In this document: one piece after another, positions 13,744 to 27,800 of the stretch
Layout of the letters: each line of letters begins with the position of its first letter
Position numbering within the stretch: position 1 is the stretch's first letter
DNA from: the human T2T-CHM13v2.0 reference genome, Homo sapiens
Strand: one strand, 5' to 3'
Length of the DNA: 64,000 nt
Assembly: GCF_009914755.1 (NCBI RefSeq)
Contig: NC_060935.1
Made by a program: the position numbers and the translations under genes
Notes under the pieces: model-generated
Database searches by the model: none
What the model saw: the letters and a program-made list of their open reading frames with translations, nothing else
Told to the model about the DNA's origin: nothing

Positions 13744-14371
13744 TCAGATCCTGACTGCTAAACAAAATAAATATGAAGAAGTAGATACTAGATCCCCTCT
13801 CCCTCTGGACTTTATGATGCCCTGTTCCATGTGTGTGTAGTCTGACAAGGCAAGGTATGAAAGACTGTGGATTTGTAATGTAATGGCTGGGGGTAATAGA
13901 GAAAACCTGGTTTCTACTCTAGTAGAGAAGATCTACTTAAGGAGACTGGAATGTAAGAAAATAGAGAAGAATATATAATGGCATATATTTAGAAATTAGT
14001 CTATTCATTATAACTCTCCTCCCCTCGCCAAATGTTCCCATCTGCAATAAGTGAGAATCTTTCATAATTTTCAGGTTACTTTTATTATTTACCAGGATAA
14101 AAGTATCTAGAGGAGCAAATTATCCTGTAGAAATTTGGCATGGACATTTGACCACGTATATAAGTTGACCAAGGATTTGGGGCTTTTCTTTATTCAATAG
14201 CAGAAGATCCAGGTATGTGGTAGATAGATTGTTGGCTTAAAAATCAGACACCCAGGTTCTTTTTGTGATTCTCCCTTATGTGATTCTGATTGTATTACTA
14301 GTGATGAAGATAAGTTAAATAAGTATTTGAAACAATTGGGATGTGATGGGCATTATGAGATTCCTAGATAA

Positions 14372-17300
14372 TTTTTTATTTTTATAATTCAGTAGCTTTT
14401 AGTATAATCACAGAATTGTGCATTCATCACCACAATCAATTTTAGAAATGCTCATTACCCTCAAAAGAAATCCCATACCTTTTAGCTGTCACCCACAATT
14501 TCCCCATAAGCTCCCAAGCCTTAGGCAACCACTAATCTACTTTCTGTCTCTGTAGATTTGCCTATTTTGGTTATTTCATATAAGTGAAATCATACACTGT
14601 GTATCCCTTTTTGACTGGCTTCTCTAACTTAGAATAATGCTTTCGAGGTTCATTCATATTGTAGCTTATGTCAGTAAGTTCACTTCTTTTTATTGCAGAA
14701 TAATGTTACATTGTTTGGATATAATACATTATAGATATCCATTTATCAGTTGGTGGACATTTGAATTGTTTCCACTCTTGGCTATTATGAATAATGCTGC
14801 TATGAACATTTATGTACAAGCTATTGTGTGGACATGTTTTTATTTCCTTGGGTATATGACTAGGACTGGAATTGCTGGATCAGATGGAAACTCTGTTTAA
14901 CTGTTTGAGGAACTGCCAGACTTGTCCAAAGTGACTACACTGTTTTACATTCCCCGAAGCAGCGTTTGAGGGTTTCGATTTTTCCACATCCTTGTCAACA
15001 CTAGTTATTATCTTTCTTTTTGATGATAGACATTCTAATGTGTATGGAGTGATACCTTACTGTGGTTTTGAGTTGCATTTGCTTGATGGCTAAATGATGT
15101 TGAGTATCTTTTCATAAGCTTATTGACGATTTGTGTATCTTTGGAGAAATGTATATTCAGATAATTTGCCCACATTTAATTGGATTCTTTGTCTTTCTAT
15201 CATTGATTTGTAATAATCATGTATGTTTTAGAGGCAGTCACTTATGATTTACAGTTTTTTCCCCCATTCTGTGGGCGATCTTTTCATTTTCTTGGTGGTG
15301 TCCTTTAAGCACAAAGGTTTTAAAATTTGATGATGTCCAATTTTTTTTTATTTTTTATTTTTTGTGATTCTGATGTCATATTTTTGCCTAATTCAAAGTA
15401 ATGAAGAGTTACTCCTATGTTTTCTTCTAAAAGTTTTATAGGTTTAGCTCTTACATTTATCTCTTAGATATATTTTGAGTTACTTTCTTCTAAAAGTTTT
15501 ATAGGCTTAGCTCTCACATTTATCTCTTAGATGTATTTTGAGTTAGTTTTTATATATCATGTGAGGTAGGGGTCCAACTTTATTCTTTTGCATATGAATA
15601 TCCAATTGTTTCTTCACCACTTGTTGAAGACTGCTTTTCTTCCAGTGAATTGTATTGGCACCCTGTTGAAGATCAATTGACCATAAATATGAGGGCTTAT
15701 TTCTGGTCTCTTACTGCTATGGAATCTTTGGGGTGTTGCTTTTCTGACCAGAAACCTGTGGCTGGTGGTGCCTTTGCCCGAGTTTTGCTAGGGCCCACTG
15801 GGCTCGTTCTACCCACTCGGCCTGGCAGGCTGCACTCAGCTCATGGTACTGGCCTAGGTGTCATGCCTCCAAGGGAGATGGGAGTCAGGCATGGAGCAGC
15901 AAGGGGTGTGTGAGTGAGCAAGGGGTCTGGCCCCTGCACATTCAGATACACCGGCTGCTGCCACGGGGTGGGCAGCTCCAGGTACCGGCAGGGTTACCAA
16001 CTCTCTGTGAGGTTGTGGCTGGACCAGGTACACCTCAAGCAGCTTCCACCAGCACCGGGGAACACGGTGGCACCTGGAAGCTTGGAGACACCAGGAACTG
16101 CAAGGCCCCAAAGAGGGAGTCACAGCCCTGGCTCGGGGAGCCCAGGTCTGTGCTCCCCAAAGGGCTGCAGCTCTTCTCTTCTCTCCTCTTTGCCCCCAAT
16201 GTGGCAAGCAAGGAGAATGTTTCAGTCCTGTTTGTGTTACATCTTTTTTAGCCTCATTCAGTGAGTCCCAAGTTCTTGTCCTGCAACCAGGAAGAATGAG
16301 GTACACAGACAAGTGGAGAGTGAGCAAGATGAAGAGAAGCTTTATTGAGCAATAGAACAGTTCAGTCTTCCACAGGAGTAGCTCCTTTCCTCAGCCAGGG
16401 TGTCCCAACAGGTGTTCAGCTCCTAATAGAGAGGAGACCCTGGAGTAGGAAGCTCCTCTCTGCAGGCAGGTCCTGCTGTTGTCTCTGCAGCTCTCAGCAG
16501 AGAGGAGGCCCTAGAGTGGGTGGCTTCTCTCTGCAGCGGGTTATCCTGATGTCTGCTTAAGTTTCAGCAGAGAGGAGGCCCTGGATTGGGTAGCTCCTCT
16601 CTGCAGCTGGTCCTTCTGATGTCTGCTCAGCTCTGGCTGAGCCTGGGGCTTATATGGGCCTCAGAGGGGAGGAAGTGCATGCCAGTTGGCCCATGGGCAG
16701 CCATGGATAGGCCTCGAAAAGGCACTACAAGTTCCCATTCCTGTCTGTGGCACTGGCAGCCATCAGGCCCTCCCTGGCCTGAAGGCGAAGCCTCACTGGG
16801 GAGCCAGCCACTTCCACCCAGGAACTGTCTACCTCCTGCTGACATTCATGGTGCCCAGACTGCAGGTGCCAAGGGATACCTGCAGGCAAATGCTGAGCTG
16901 ACTTCAGCCTCACCTCAGCTTCCCTCCTATGCTCATTGGTGCCCAAAATCCAGAGAGGGCTAAGGTGGCAGAGGGCTGGTGTGTCAGCACTGCCCTGAGT
17001 ATGTGCACACCCAGCCAGGCTGTGACAGTGCCGGAACTCGGCCCCGACTTTGCTCAAAGATTGGTGCAGGTGCTTATTTCAGACAGAAGCCAGGCAGTAG
17101 GAGCAGGCATTTCTGAGCCTACAAGTGCAGTGGGGTCCTTCCCAGGTCTCCAAGAGTGCAGGGATGCGTGGGCCCACAGCTGCAGCTGTGAAGGGAAGGG
17201 TTGGGGCTCTTGCCTGCTTGGTGAAACAGGAGGCCTGGGTCTGCAGCCACAGTTTGGGCAGCTGCAGCTGAGCCCAGCGAGGTAGGACTCCTACCTGCTC

Positions 17301-18750
17301 TGTGGAGTGGGAGGTCTAGATCTGCAGCCATGACTTGGGCCCTGCTCCTGCCTGCTCTACGGGGCAGGAGGCCTGGGTCTGTAGCTGCAAGTGGGCGGCT
17401 GCAGCTATGCCTGGGGAACTTCTACCCCAACTTGGAAGGGGCGGGGCTTCTGCTTTTTCAAGGCTCCCAGTGGCTCCACAAAGCCTGCAGGCCTGGCCAC
17501 GCCTCCCTGCTGCACCTGGTGTGATGGTAGCGGCTGCTCCAGACAGCCTGCCGCTACTATCATTACTTCTATTTCATTGATCTATATGTTTATCCATATG
17601 GAAGTGCTGTTTGATTATTGCAGTTTTGTAGTAAGTTTGGAAATTGATGAATCTTCCAAGTTTGTTCTTCTTTTCAAGATTGTTTTGGTTATTCTATTTC
17701 CCTTGGATTTTCATATGAATTTTAGGACCAGCTTGTCAGTTTCCGCAAATAAGTCAGTTGAGATTTTGATAGAGATTGTATTGAATCTGTAGGTCGTCAG
17801 TCTGAGGAAGCATTGCCATCAAAACAATGTCAAATAATTTGATTCCTGAACATGGGGTGTCTTTCTACTTTCTCAGGTCGTCTTTCATTTCTTTCAATTT
17901 TTTTTGTTTGTTTTCAAAATCTAAGATTTTCGTGGCTTTTGTTAATTTATTCCTAGGTGTATTTTTTTATGCTATCATACATGGAATAATTTTCTTAATT
18001 TCAATTTTTGGTTGCTCATTGCTACTGTATAGAAAGGAAATTAATTTTTGCCTATTACTTTGCATCCTGCAACCTTGGTAAGCTTATTGATTAGTTCTAA
18101 TAGTTTCTAGTGAATTCCTTAGAATTTTTCCATATAAGATTATGTCATCTCCAAATGGAGATTGTTTTATGTCTTCCTGTCCTACCTGCTGCCTGTTAGT
18201 TCATTTTTATACCAAATTGCCCTGGCCAGAACTTCCAGTACAATGTTGAATAGAAATGGTGAGCAGATATCTTTGTATTGTTTCTGATTTTAAAGGGAAA
18301 GCTTTCAGTTTTCACCTTGAAGTATGTCAGCTGTGTGGATTTTCACAGGTACTCTTCACCAGTCTGGAGTTTTTTTTTTTTTTTTTCTATTTGTAGGTGT
18401 TCTTTATCATATTGGAGAAGTCTCTTTCTATTCCTAGTTTGGTTAGTGTTTCTGTTATGAAGGGTGTTGAATTTCTTCACATGCTATTTCTATATCTACT
18501 GAGATGATAACATAGTTTTAATCTTTTATTCTGTTGATGTAGTGTATTATACTAACTGATTTTCAGAAAGCTATACCAAACTTGCATTCCTGGGATAAAT
18601 TCCACTTGGCTATGTTCCATAATCCTTTTTCTATTTTATGGATTCGATTTGATAGTATATTGTTGAGGACTTTTGTATCTATATCCATAAGTGAGATATT
18701 GGTCTGCAGCTTGCTTTCTTTTCATGTTTTAATATGATTTTGATATCTTT
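14372..18750 (-). mobile_element. L1MB-like element (3' UTR + part of ORF2), split by a MER52 LTR
   Basis: 'ggcaaccactaatctactttctgtctctgtagatttgcctatt', 'ttgaggaactgccagac'; L1 sequence continues colinearly after 17566. Confidence 0.85.
15715..17562 (-). mobile_element. MER52A-like solo LTR (ERV1), 1848 bp
   Basis: TG…CA termini and 4-bp TSD ttac (15711-15714 / 17563-17566). Ends match recalled MER52; ~70-bp internal repeats at 16420-16630; - strand TATA-like (16650-16655) and AATAAA (16341-16346). Confidence 0.9.
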
Positions 18751-18839
18751 CTTTTGAGTTTTAGCTGATTTTTAAGCTATATTGAATAGCTTTTTTAAGC
18801 TAACATTTGCTGATTGCATACCACGTGCCAAACATTAAT

Positions 18840-20700
18840 TTTTTTTAGATGATCCCCTTTGACTTGTTAGGTATATAATTGTGTAAGCTGAAAATATTGA
18901 AAATTTTTCCTTTCTTCAATTTCAATATTTATATTAGCGATTTCTTTTTCTTGTTTTATGATATGGTCTGGAATCTCCATAATAGTGGTAAATAATATAT
19001 GAACAAATCAAAGGTGTTCATTAAAGTCAGGAAGAGGGCAACAGATAATCCTTTTTTCTTTCCAACTTTAATAAGGTCCTCTGTTTAATAAACTGTCTAG
19101 TAGTACTTTCTAATATCTATCACTGTTTCTATCTGTCTTTATCTATCTAGTCATCATGTAAAGGAAATCTAATTTTATTCCTATTTTACTGAAAGATTAA
19201 AAAAGAATAGCTGTTATATTTTATTAAATATCTTTTCAGTGTGCATTTTGAGATACTTTTGTGTCTGCCCCCTTTTATCTATTAACATAAGTAATTACAT
19301 TAATAGAATCTATAATGTTGAGCTATTTCTGAAATCCTTGAATAAACTTACATTAACTAATGCTTTAGTTAGGATCTTTGTATCATTAAATAATGATAGC
19401 AATAGCAATATTAATAAAAGCAGTAGTAGTAACTACATTAGTTTAAGCACTGAAGAATTATAGGCATTGTTTTAAATACTTTAAACTTATTAAACATTTA
19501 AATGTTTTAATACATTAATAAGTGAGATGCCATAGATTTTTCTGTGTATTTGAGTTAATTCAAGGCTTTTTGAATTTTTTATGTGCTAGACTATTTAAAA
19601 AATATACATTGTATCTTTTCTACAAGTGTTTCTGATAGAATGAGCCTGAAAATAGATGCAAATGTAATTAGATGTAAATAATTACATGTAAACGTAATTA
19701 GAAAAGGACAGAAAATATTTTGTATAGAAAATATTTGGGCTGAAAAGTACAAAAAATATTTAGGCTGATAATTTGGTCTTGGGGAAGCTGGAAAATATTT
19801 TATTATTGAAATGTTCATTTTCCACTTATTTTGTGGTATGGTTTCTATCTAATTACTTTTGAGCTCTTCTTGGGATCAATTTATGTTTTTAAGAATCCTA
19901 TATTTCATTGATATTGGGATTTTTTTGGCAAGTAGTTGGACGTTATAGTCTCTTTTACTTAATAAAATTTTTATATTTGTGATTTTTATCTCATTTTATT
20001 TCTAATGTGTGATATGTGTGTTTTCTTCTTTTCTTGGCCAGGCTCATCATGGGATCATGTAATTTATTGATCTTTTAAATGAAACAGTTCTTAGTTTTAT
20101 TGATCAAGTGGACTGTTTTTCATTTCAAATTCATTGATTCCTACTTCTTACCTTATGTTGGATTATCTTGTTGGTATTTTTACTAGCTTCTTCCATGTTT
20201 AGTTCATTTGTCTTCAGTATTTTCTGTTTACTGGTAAAATCACTGATGGTTTTATGTTTCCTTGTGAATATTGCTTTGAATACAGCCCACTGATATTGCT
20301 ATATAGTGTTTTTATTTTCTGTACTTTTCTATAGCTCTTAATTTCATTTTGGCTTCCTCTTTAACCCTGGTTAAAGCAGTGTTTAAATATTCCAAAGTGA
20401 TTAAATTAAAAATGCTTAATGGGTGATTTCTGGTTTTATTGTTAATTGAGGGCATAAAATATGTGCGTCAGATTTTTAGATTTTTGATTGCAGAATTTTT
20501 TTTCCTGGTGATCTTTCACATGCTCAATATTTTTGATACATTTAAAAATAATGGATTGCTTTTGAAAATGTATAGATAAATACAGACATATGACTTTATA
20601 TGTAGCAACTTTGAGTTGTGTTATTTAACTTCTATGTGTATTGATTAACTGATTGATTGCTCAATCCATGACAGTCTGAGAGAAGTAGGTTAATGGCTCC
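18840..20700 (-). mobile_element. Highly diverged L1 (L1M5/L1ME-like) ORF2 fragments with small MIR pieces
   Basis: T-rich antisense L1 phrasing, e.g. 'aatttattgatcttttaaatgaaacagttcttagttttattgatc', 'tttaattttattcctattttactga'. Confidence 0.55.
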
Positions 20701-22479
20701 TATTGTAATTATGTAAGCATCGTAGGTATTGTAATTATCATTTTTTCATAGTCTCCTTGGATAGGTTTAAGGGTCAGGCTGAAAATGTCATGTATAATCT
20801 GTATCCCATTTCATTGAACAGTACTGGGAAATTCAGCCTAGCATTGTGCCAAGGATGAGAGAACATGGATATTGGAAACATTAGGCAGTCTCTGTCTTGA
20901 TTGGTTGAGGTGTTACCTATTGAGTCTGAACCCAAATACGTGGAAATAGCATAGGTAACAGACTGCCTCAAATAGGGGTTTCTCCAGGTAATAATCTCAA
21001 GCACATAGTATGCACTCAATAAACACATTTTAAATGAAAAAAGGATTTGTCTTCTTCATCTCCAGTTAGAGCTGCTCAGAATTTTCATGACTAGTTTCAA
21101 AGGTTCACATGGAATACATTGTACCAGACAAAGGTATTGCCCTGGGTGTGCTACACATGGGAGGCTGTGCAGGATAGTGAAGGGGGCAAAGGTTTTGGCA
21201 TCTGGAGGCTGAATTGATAATACCTGGTGATTTTTCTGAGGATTAGTATTTGTAAAATACCTAGCATAGTGCTTGGCATACAAAAGAAACTCAATAAAAA
21301 AGCCATAATGATGATGATGCTGATGATACTGATAATGACGATGTTATCTAGATGGAAATTTGATGCTGAGGGGAGACAGGGTGCTGAGGAGTGGCCAGAT
21401 GAGAAAATAGTCATCCCACACACCACCCCCAGTTCGGTGATTAAAGGAAAATAATGACTATCACCCAAACCTGGTAATGTTCGATTTTCAGTTAAAAGTC
21501 ATCTTTGCTGATGAAGCACAATGAGGGAACAGCATTCTGGATCTGATCACCTTCCCTAATCATCATGAGCACCACAGGAAGTAATCATGCCCCTGCCTTT
21601 TCCAAAGCTGTCAACCAGAGAAACTTCATTTACTGTTTTGGAAATCACTGTTTCCAATCTCTGCTAGGCTTCGGGCTACTCTCAGGCACAGCCATTATTG
21701 AATTAGAAGACTTCATTCAGTGGCTGAGTTCCCTTCTGGCCAAAGGCAGACATCTCTCTCACCTGGTGGGAACCCAGTAGCCAGAGTTAGAACTCTTGGG
21801 AGTTTGTGTTTCTTTAAACGAGGAGTGAACTTCTTGGCAAAGCAGTATCTGGAAACTCCCTAGGTAACTGAGCCAATTGAGTTCCCATGGATATCTTAAG
21901 TGGGCAGATAAAACGAAACAGAAAACTGAAATATAAAGACTATTAAAAATGTACCTGGAGGTAGTAATTGAAATAGGCTCTTTTATGTAATGGAATGGGT
22001 ACTCTGTTATTAATTCCAATGTATATTTCTAATGTGATAAAATTATTTTTTACAGTAGCAATAGAGTGCATTAGCAGAGCAACAAAGATGAGTCTGTCTT
22101 GCTGAACTATCTTAATGACATTGCAGATTTAATGTTTATTTTTTCGGATTCAAATGTGTTAATATAGAGCTTTGTTAAAATGGAAAGCTTAATTAATGCA
22201 GATTAAATCTAATTGAACACTCTGCCAGTATATGTAACTCTATAAGATATAATGGTAAATCTTCTGTTTTTTAATTTTATTTCTAAATGATAGATAAAAT
22301 TAAGTTGAAGCACAATTAGATGGGAAGTTGAAAGCTAGGGTTCTAAGAAAAAGCTTCCCATGGAATCCTTTTCTGAGGAGATGAAGAAGACATTTTTGGC
22401 TTCCTAAGAAGGCATCTCCTTTTTTTTTTAAACAAAATTTTTGTTTTTCAAAAGATACTCTTCAGTTTTCTGAGCTCTC

Positions 22480-22715
22480 ATGGTGGAAATAACTTTCTAC
22501 TGTGATGCCAAGTAGACTTGGGTTCATTTCCTGGATCTATCAATTGCTAGATGTTTGAGCGTTTGCAGTTATCTTTAATTTACCTCAGACTCAGGGTTCT
22601 TCTAGGTAAAGTGAAGGTATCCATTGATTACCACATCATAGAGTTATTGGAAGGATTAAACAAGAGCAGTTCCTCATACATCTCGTATATCAAGGCTCTC
22701 AGTAAATGTCATTTT
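22480..22715 (+). mobile_element. MIR
   Basis: 'agacttgggttcatttcctgg…catagagttattggaaggattaaa…ctctcagtaaatgtc'. Confidence 0.65.
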
Positions 22716-23229
22716 TCTTCCTGTCCTCATGGCTGCTTTAGATATTTCCTACTTCTTCCTAAAATTCTTCATAAGGGAAGAAGGTAGATGTTGGGACCGT
22801 CCCACCATTTGAAATAGTAATTAGCTTTTCACATCAAGATGTTGTTATAGATAATCTAAAACAATGAATTGCCCAAATGGAATGCATTCTGTAATTCCTA
22901 AAAAAGCATGTTTACCTTCTTAATTACAGATGACTTAAGCTCATATTTAAATTATTTTGAACTTTTATAAAATTGATTGAAGAATATCAGAATGTAGGGT
23001 AGGAGGAAAGGGGAGAAAATTCCAGAAGTATGTTACATGGTTTGTTGAAGCCATGTAACTTTCTCCTTGGGTAATTCTTTCCTCAATGAGATACAACATT
23101 GGCTTATATTATTATAAAGTAGATATTTTCAATTATTAAATTACTTTCATTTGGGAATGAAGGGAGCAAATTGGAGACTTGCCCTAAAAAATCTATCTAT
23201 ACTGCTTTTGAAGTATGCAAGCAAGTCTC

Positions 23230-24450
<1,221 letters not shown>

Positions 24451-25339
24451 GTGGTGAATAGCTTTTTTCTTTAATCATTGTGCTGTGTGTGTCATATGGC
24501 CAATTCTTTGCATTTACTTTGTCCAAGTTTTCAGTTGAATAAATTACCACAAATACAGAAAAGTAGAAAGGAGTAATAATAGATGGGATGTATTTTCCAG
24601 TAAATGGTTAAAAGCTGAAAATGTGGGCCATCTAGAGATGCTGCCAAATGCTAGGAGACAAGACATCTGGATTCTGAGATTCCATCATTTTTATCTTTAT
24701 GCCTAGCACAGTGTAGACATAGCTTCAAGGAAACGTTTAAAGGATGTATACTTGAGGATGGACAGTTAGGCTATGGTGTGCATTGGGAAGTAGCAATTTT
24801 CAGGCAGAAATGAAAATGAGTGGAAGGATCTGATGTCCAGAAAATGAGGATGTTTTCTGCAACACACTAATTAAGTAAAATTTAAATCTTCGTCAGAAGA
24901 AATGAAGCTGTTCAGATGACTTTTGACCTTAATTGAAGCCAAGAAGTATCATAGCAATAGAATATAATACTTTGGGCAAATTGCTCTTGCTTGTATATGT
25001 GCATGTTAGATTTTGGATTGCCTAGTGTTTGAGAAATGAAAAAACAGCTAATGTAGCCATTAACCTTTACTTTTTTAGTATAAATTCACAATTTCATTAA
25101 TATTTATGCATAAAATCATTTAAGCTCAATGGAATTCTCCTAGAGAATTTAAAAAAACTTCTTTGACATCCTTTGGAATTAGTTGTGAAACACTTGCATT
25201 TCTGGGTAACATGCATTCGTTCATTTGGTTCTGTGGTGAGAAATGTGGACAGAATGTTGTTGCTGATGAAAGATAGATTTAACTCCTGACTTGCTGATTT
25301 CTGGGTGAAAGGCACCTCAGGCTGTCAGAACATTGGTGA

Positions 25340-25870
25340 GGGTGGTGCAATGACAGTGATTCTGGGCCAGGAGTCAGAAGACCTGGACTCAAGGCTCTGC
25401 TTTGTCAATGAATATCCATGAGACCAGACAGGTCCTCCCTGGACCTCAGTTTACTTCTCTGTCAAATTATAGTTCATTAATTATTCATCAGATACTAATC
25501 TGCTTTGGACACTTATCTGTGGGCTAGGAACATTGGTGGATTCTTTAGCAGCGAAGGTGTGTAAGGGGCCTGTCCTCAGGGAGCTTTTATTCTAGTGGGG
25601 TGAGTCAGATGATAAAACAGAGGGATGAGGGATAGGTCAGTAGAGAAGAGAAGCTGGAGAGGGCTTTATGAAGATAGGACGTTTGTCCTCAATCTAAAAA
25701 AGAGGCAGCTATGAAAAAATCAGAAAGATGAGTGTCCCAGATAGCTGAGACAGTAAGTACAAAGACTCTGTGAAGGATCCAGTTTGGTATGTTTAGGAGA
25801 CAGACCAAGAGCTAGTGCATTTAAAACTTTGTTAGTTGAGGGTGATGAAAGGGAGTGGTTTTAGATGAGG
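25340..25870. mobile_element. MIR (+) followed by L2 (-) fragments
   Basis: 'ggagtcagaagacctggactc…ggacctcagtttacttctctgtcaaat'; 'tgtcctcagggagcttttattctagtgggg'. Confidence 0.6.
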
Positions 25871-26242
25871 AGATGCTGACAGCAATAGCTTCCTTGATGA
25901 TTTCACAGTGTGAGAGACCGTGTATCATGACAAAGTGTGATATTTATACAAGGCCATATTATTTCAGGACAACAGTTACTTACTAAGTGCAGGCTATGTG
26001 CAAAGGAAGTCTACCCATCCATCCATAGTGTTCCTTGGAAATCCAAATTTCATAATTTATAAAACTATAACAATTACATTTTTTAGAGCAAATGCACACA
26101 CTTTTTTTCTAAAGGACATTTTAGTTCTCCTTTCCCCCTTCTTATTGATTGACTTGATTATAAATAATAATAATACTTTGGTAGGAGTGAATTGGTAGTT
26201 CACCATTTGAAGCATTATCAGTTCATCTGGAGACAGCCAGAA

Positions 26243-27240
26243 GTATGTATGTGTGTATGTATGTATGTATGTATTATTACTATTATTTTTAGATTCAGGG
26301 AGTACATGCACAGAGTTGTTACACTGTTATACTGCATGATGCTGAGGGATATGGAGATATGAATGACTTTGGGATACAGATGGTCCCATCACCCATGTGG
26401 TGAGCATACTATCCAATAGGTAGTTTTTTTAGCCCATATCCCCCTCTCTCCTTCCTCCTTCTAGTAGTCCCCAGTGTCTGTTTTGCTCACCTTTATGTCT
26501 ATGTGTATTCAATGTTTTGTTCCCACTTATAAGTAAGAACATGCAATATTTGGTTTTCTGTTCTTGTGTTAATTCACTTAGGATCATGGCCCCCAGCTGT
26601 ATTCATGGTGCTGCCAAGGACATGATTTTGTTCTTTTCAATGGCTGCGTAGTATCCCATGGTGTATACGTACTAGATTTTCTTTATCCAATCCACCATTG
26701 ATGGGCACCTAGGTTGATTCCATGTCTTTGCTATTGTGAATGGCACTGTGATGAACATACTAGTGTATGTGTCCTTTCGATAGAATGAATTCTTTTCCTT
26801 TGAATGCTAGTGGGATTGCTGGTTCAAATGGTAGTTCTAAGTTCTTTGAGAAATCTCCAAAATGCTTTCCAAAGTGATTAAACTAATTTACATTCCCACT
26901 GACAGCATATAGACATGTCCTTTTCTCCACAGTCTCACCAGCATCTGTTATTTTTGACATTTAAAAAATAATAGGCATTCTGAAGGGTATGAGATGGTAT
27001 TTCATTGTGGTTTTGATTTTTCACTTCTCTGATTATTAGTGATGTTGACTTTTAATATATATTTGTTGGCTGCTTGTATGTCTTCTTTTGGGATTGTCTA
27101 TTCCTGTCTTTTGTCCATTTTTAAATTGGATTATTTGTTTTTTGCTTGTTGATGTATTTAAGTTCCTTGTAGATTCTGGATATTAGACCTCTGTTAGATG
27201 CAGAGTTTGTGAATATTTTCTCCTGTTTTGTAGGCTGTCT
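26243..27240 (-). mobile_element. 5'-truncated L1PA13-16-like element with a (TATG)n/(TAT)n-derived tail
   Basis: 'agattcagggagtacatg…gcatgatgctgagg…catactatccaataggtagttttt', 'cccacttataagtaagaacatg'. Confidence 0.85.
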
Positions 27241-27549
27241 TGCCAATAATAGCCTCTCCTGAGAGGTGGAGAGCCTCATCTCTAAGATGGGTGCAGCACA
27301 AAAGTGGGGGAAGTAGGTGGTGTGTGGGAATGAGAAACGATGAGGATGTGCCCGTGGCTGGAAAATGCAGCCTGCAGGGCAGGAACTGCAAAGAGATGGG
27401 GCTGATGATATTGAGAGTGATAGGCATCCTGTCTGGATTTGTTAATAAGCAGTGACTAAATGTTGAAACTGCAGGCCATAGTTGGCTTGTAGAAGGGCTT
27501 TCCTTGGTTGTGATGGCTTCCACAGTATCCTTCCACAATTAAAAAAAAC

Positions 27550-27800
27550 AAACAAACCATGAGTTAGTTTCCAACATTTGAAAATTGAAGTGATTTGGTC
27601 TAAAAAATCCAGCTTTCCACCTTCTCATCAAAAATAGGTATGTATTTTTCAGATTGCCACAGTCCCTAGTTCTCTCAGTTGTCTTCCCATCACCATAAGG
27701 TCATGTGTCAATTGCTGCTGTGTGGTTTCCTTTTTAATGAATGTAAAGTTAGGAGAAAAGTGAAATTCTTAAACTCATTTCTTTATTCAAAGAAGAAAAA
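27550..27800. mobile_element. Probable hAT-Charlie (MER102-like) DNA transposon relic
   Basis: 'ccaacatttgaaaattg…taaaaaatccagctttccaccttctc' resembles recalled MER102. Confidence 0.35.

Noticed and set aside
16420-16630. ~70-bp tandem repeats in the LTR
   Set aside because: As far as I recall, a standard feature of MER52-family LTRs.
15650-17792. Dense cluster of 70-157 aa ORFs on both strands
   Set aside because: GC-rich MER52 LTR with few stop codons; no recognisable protein.
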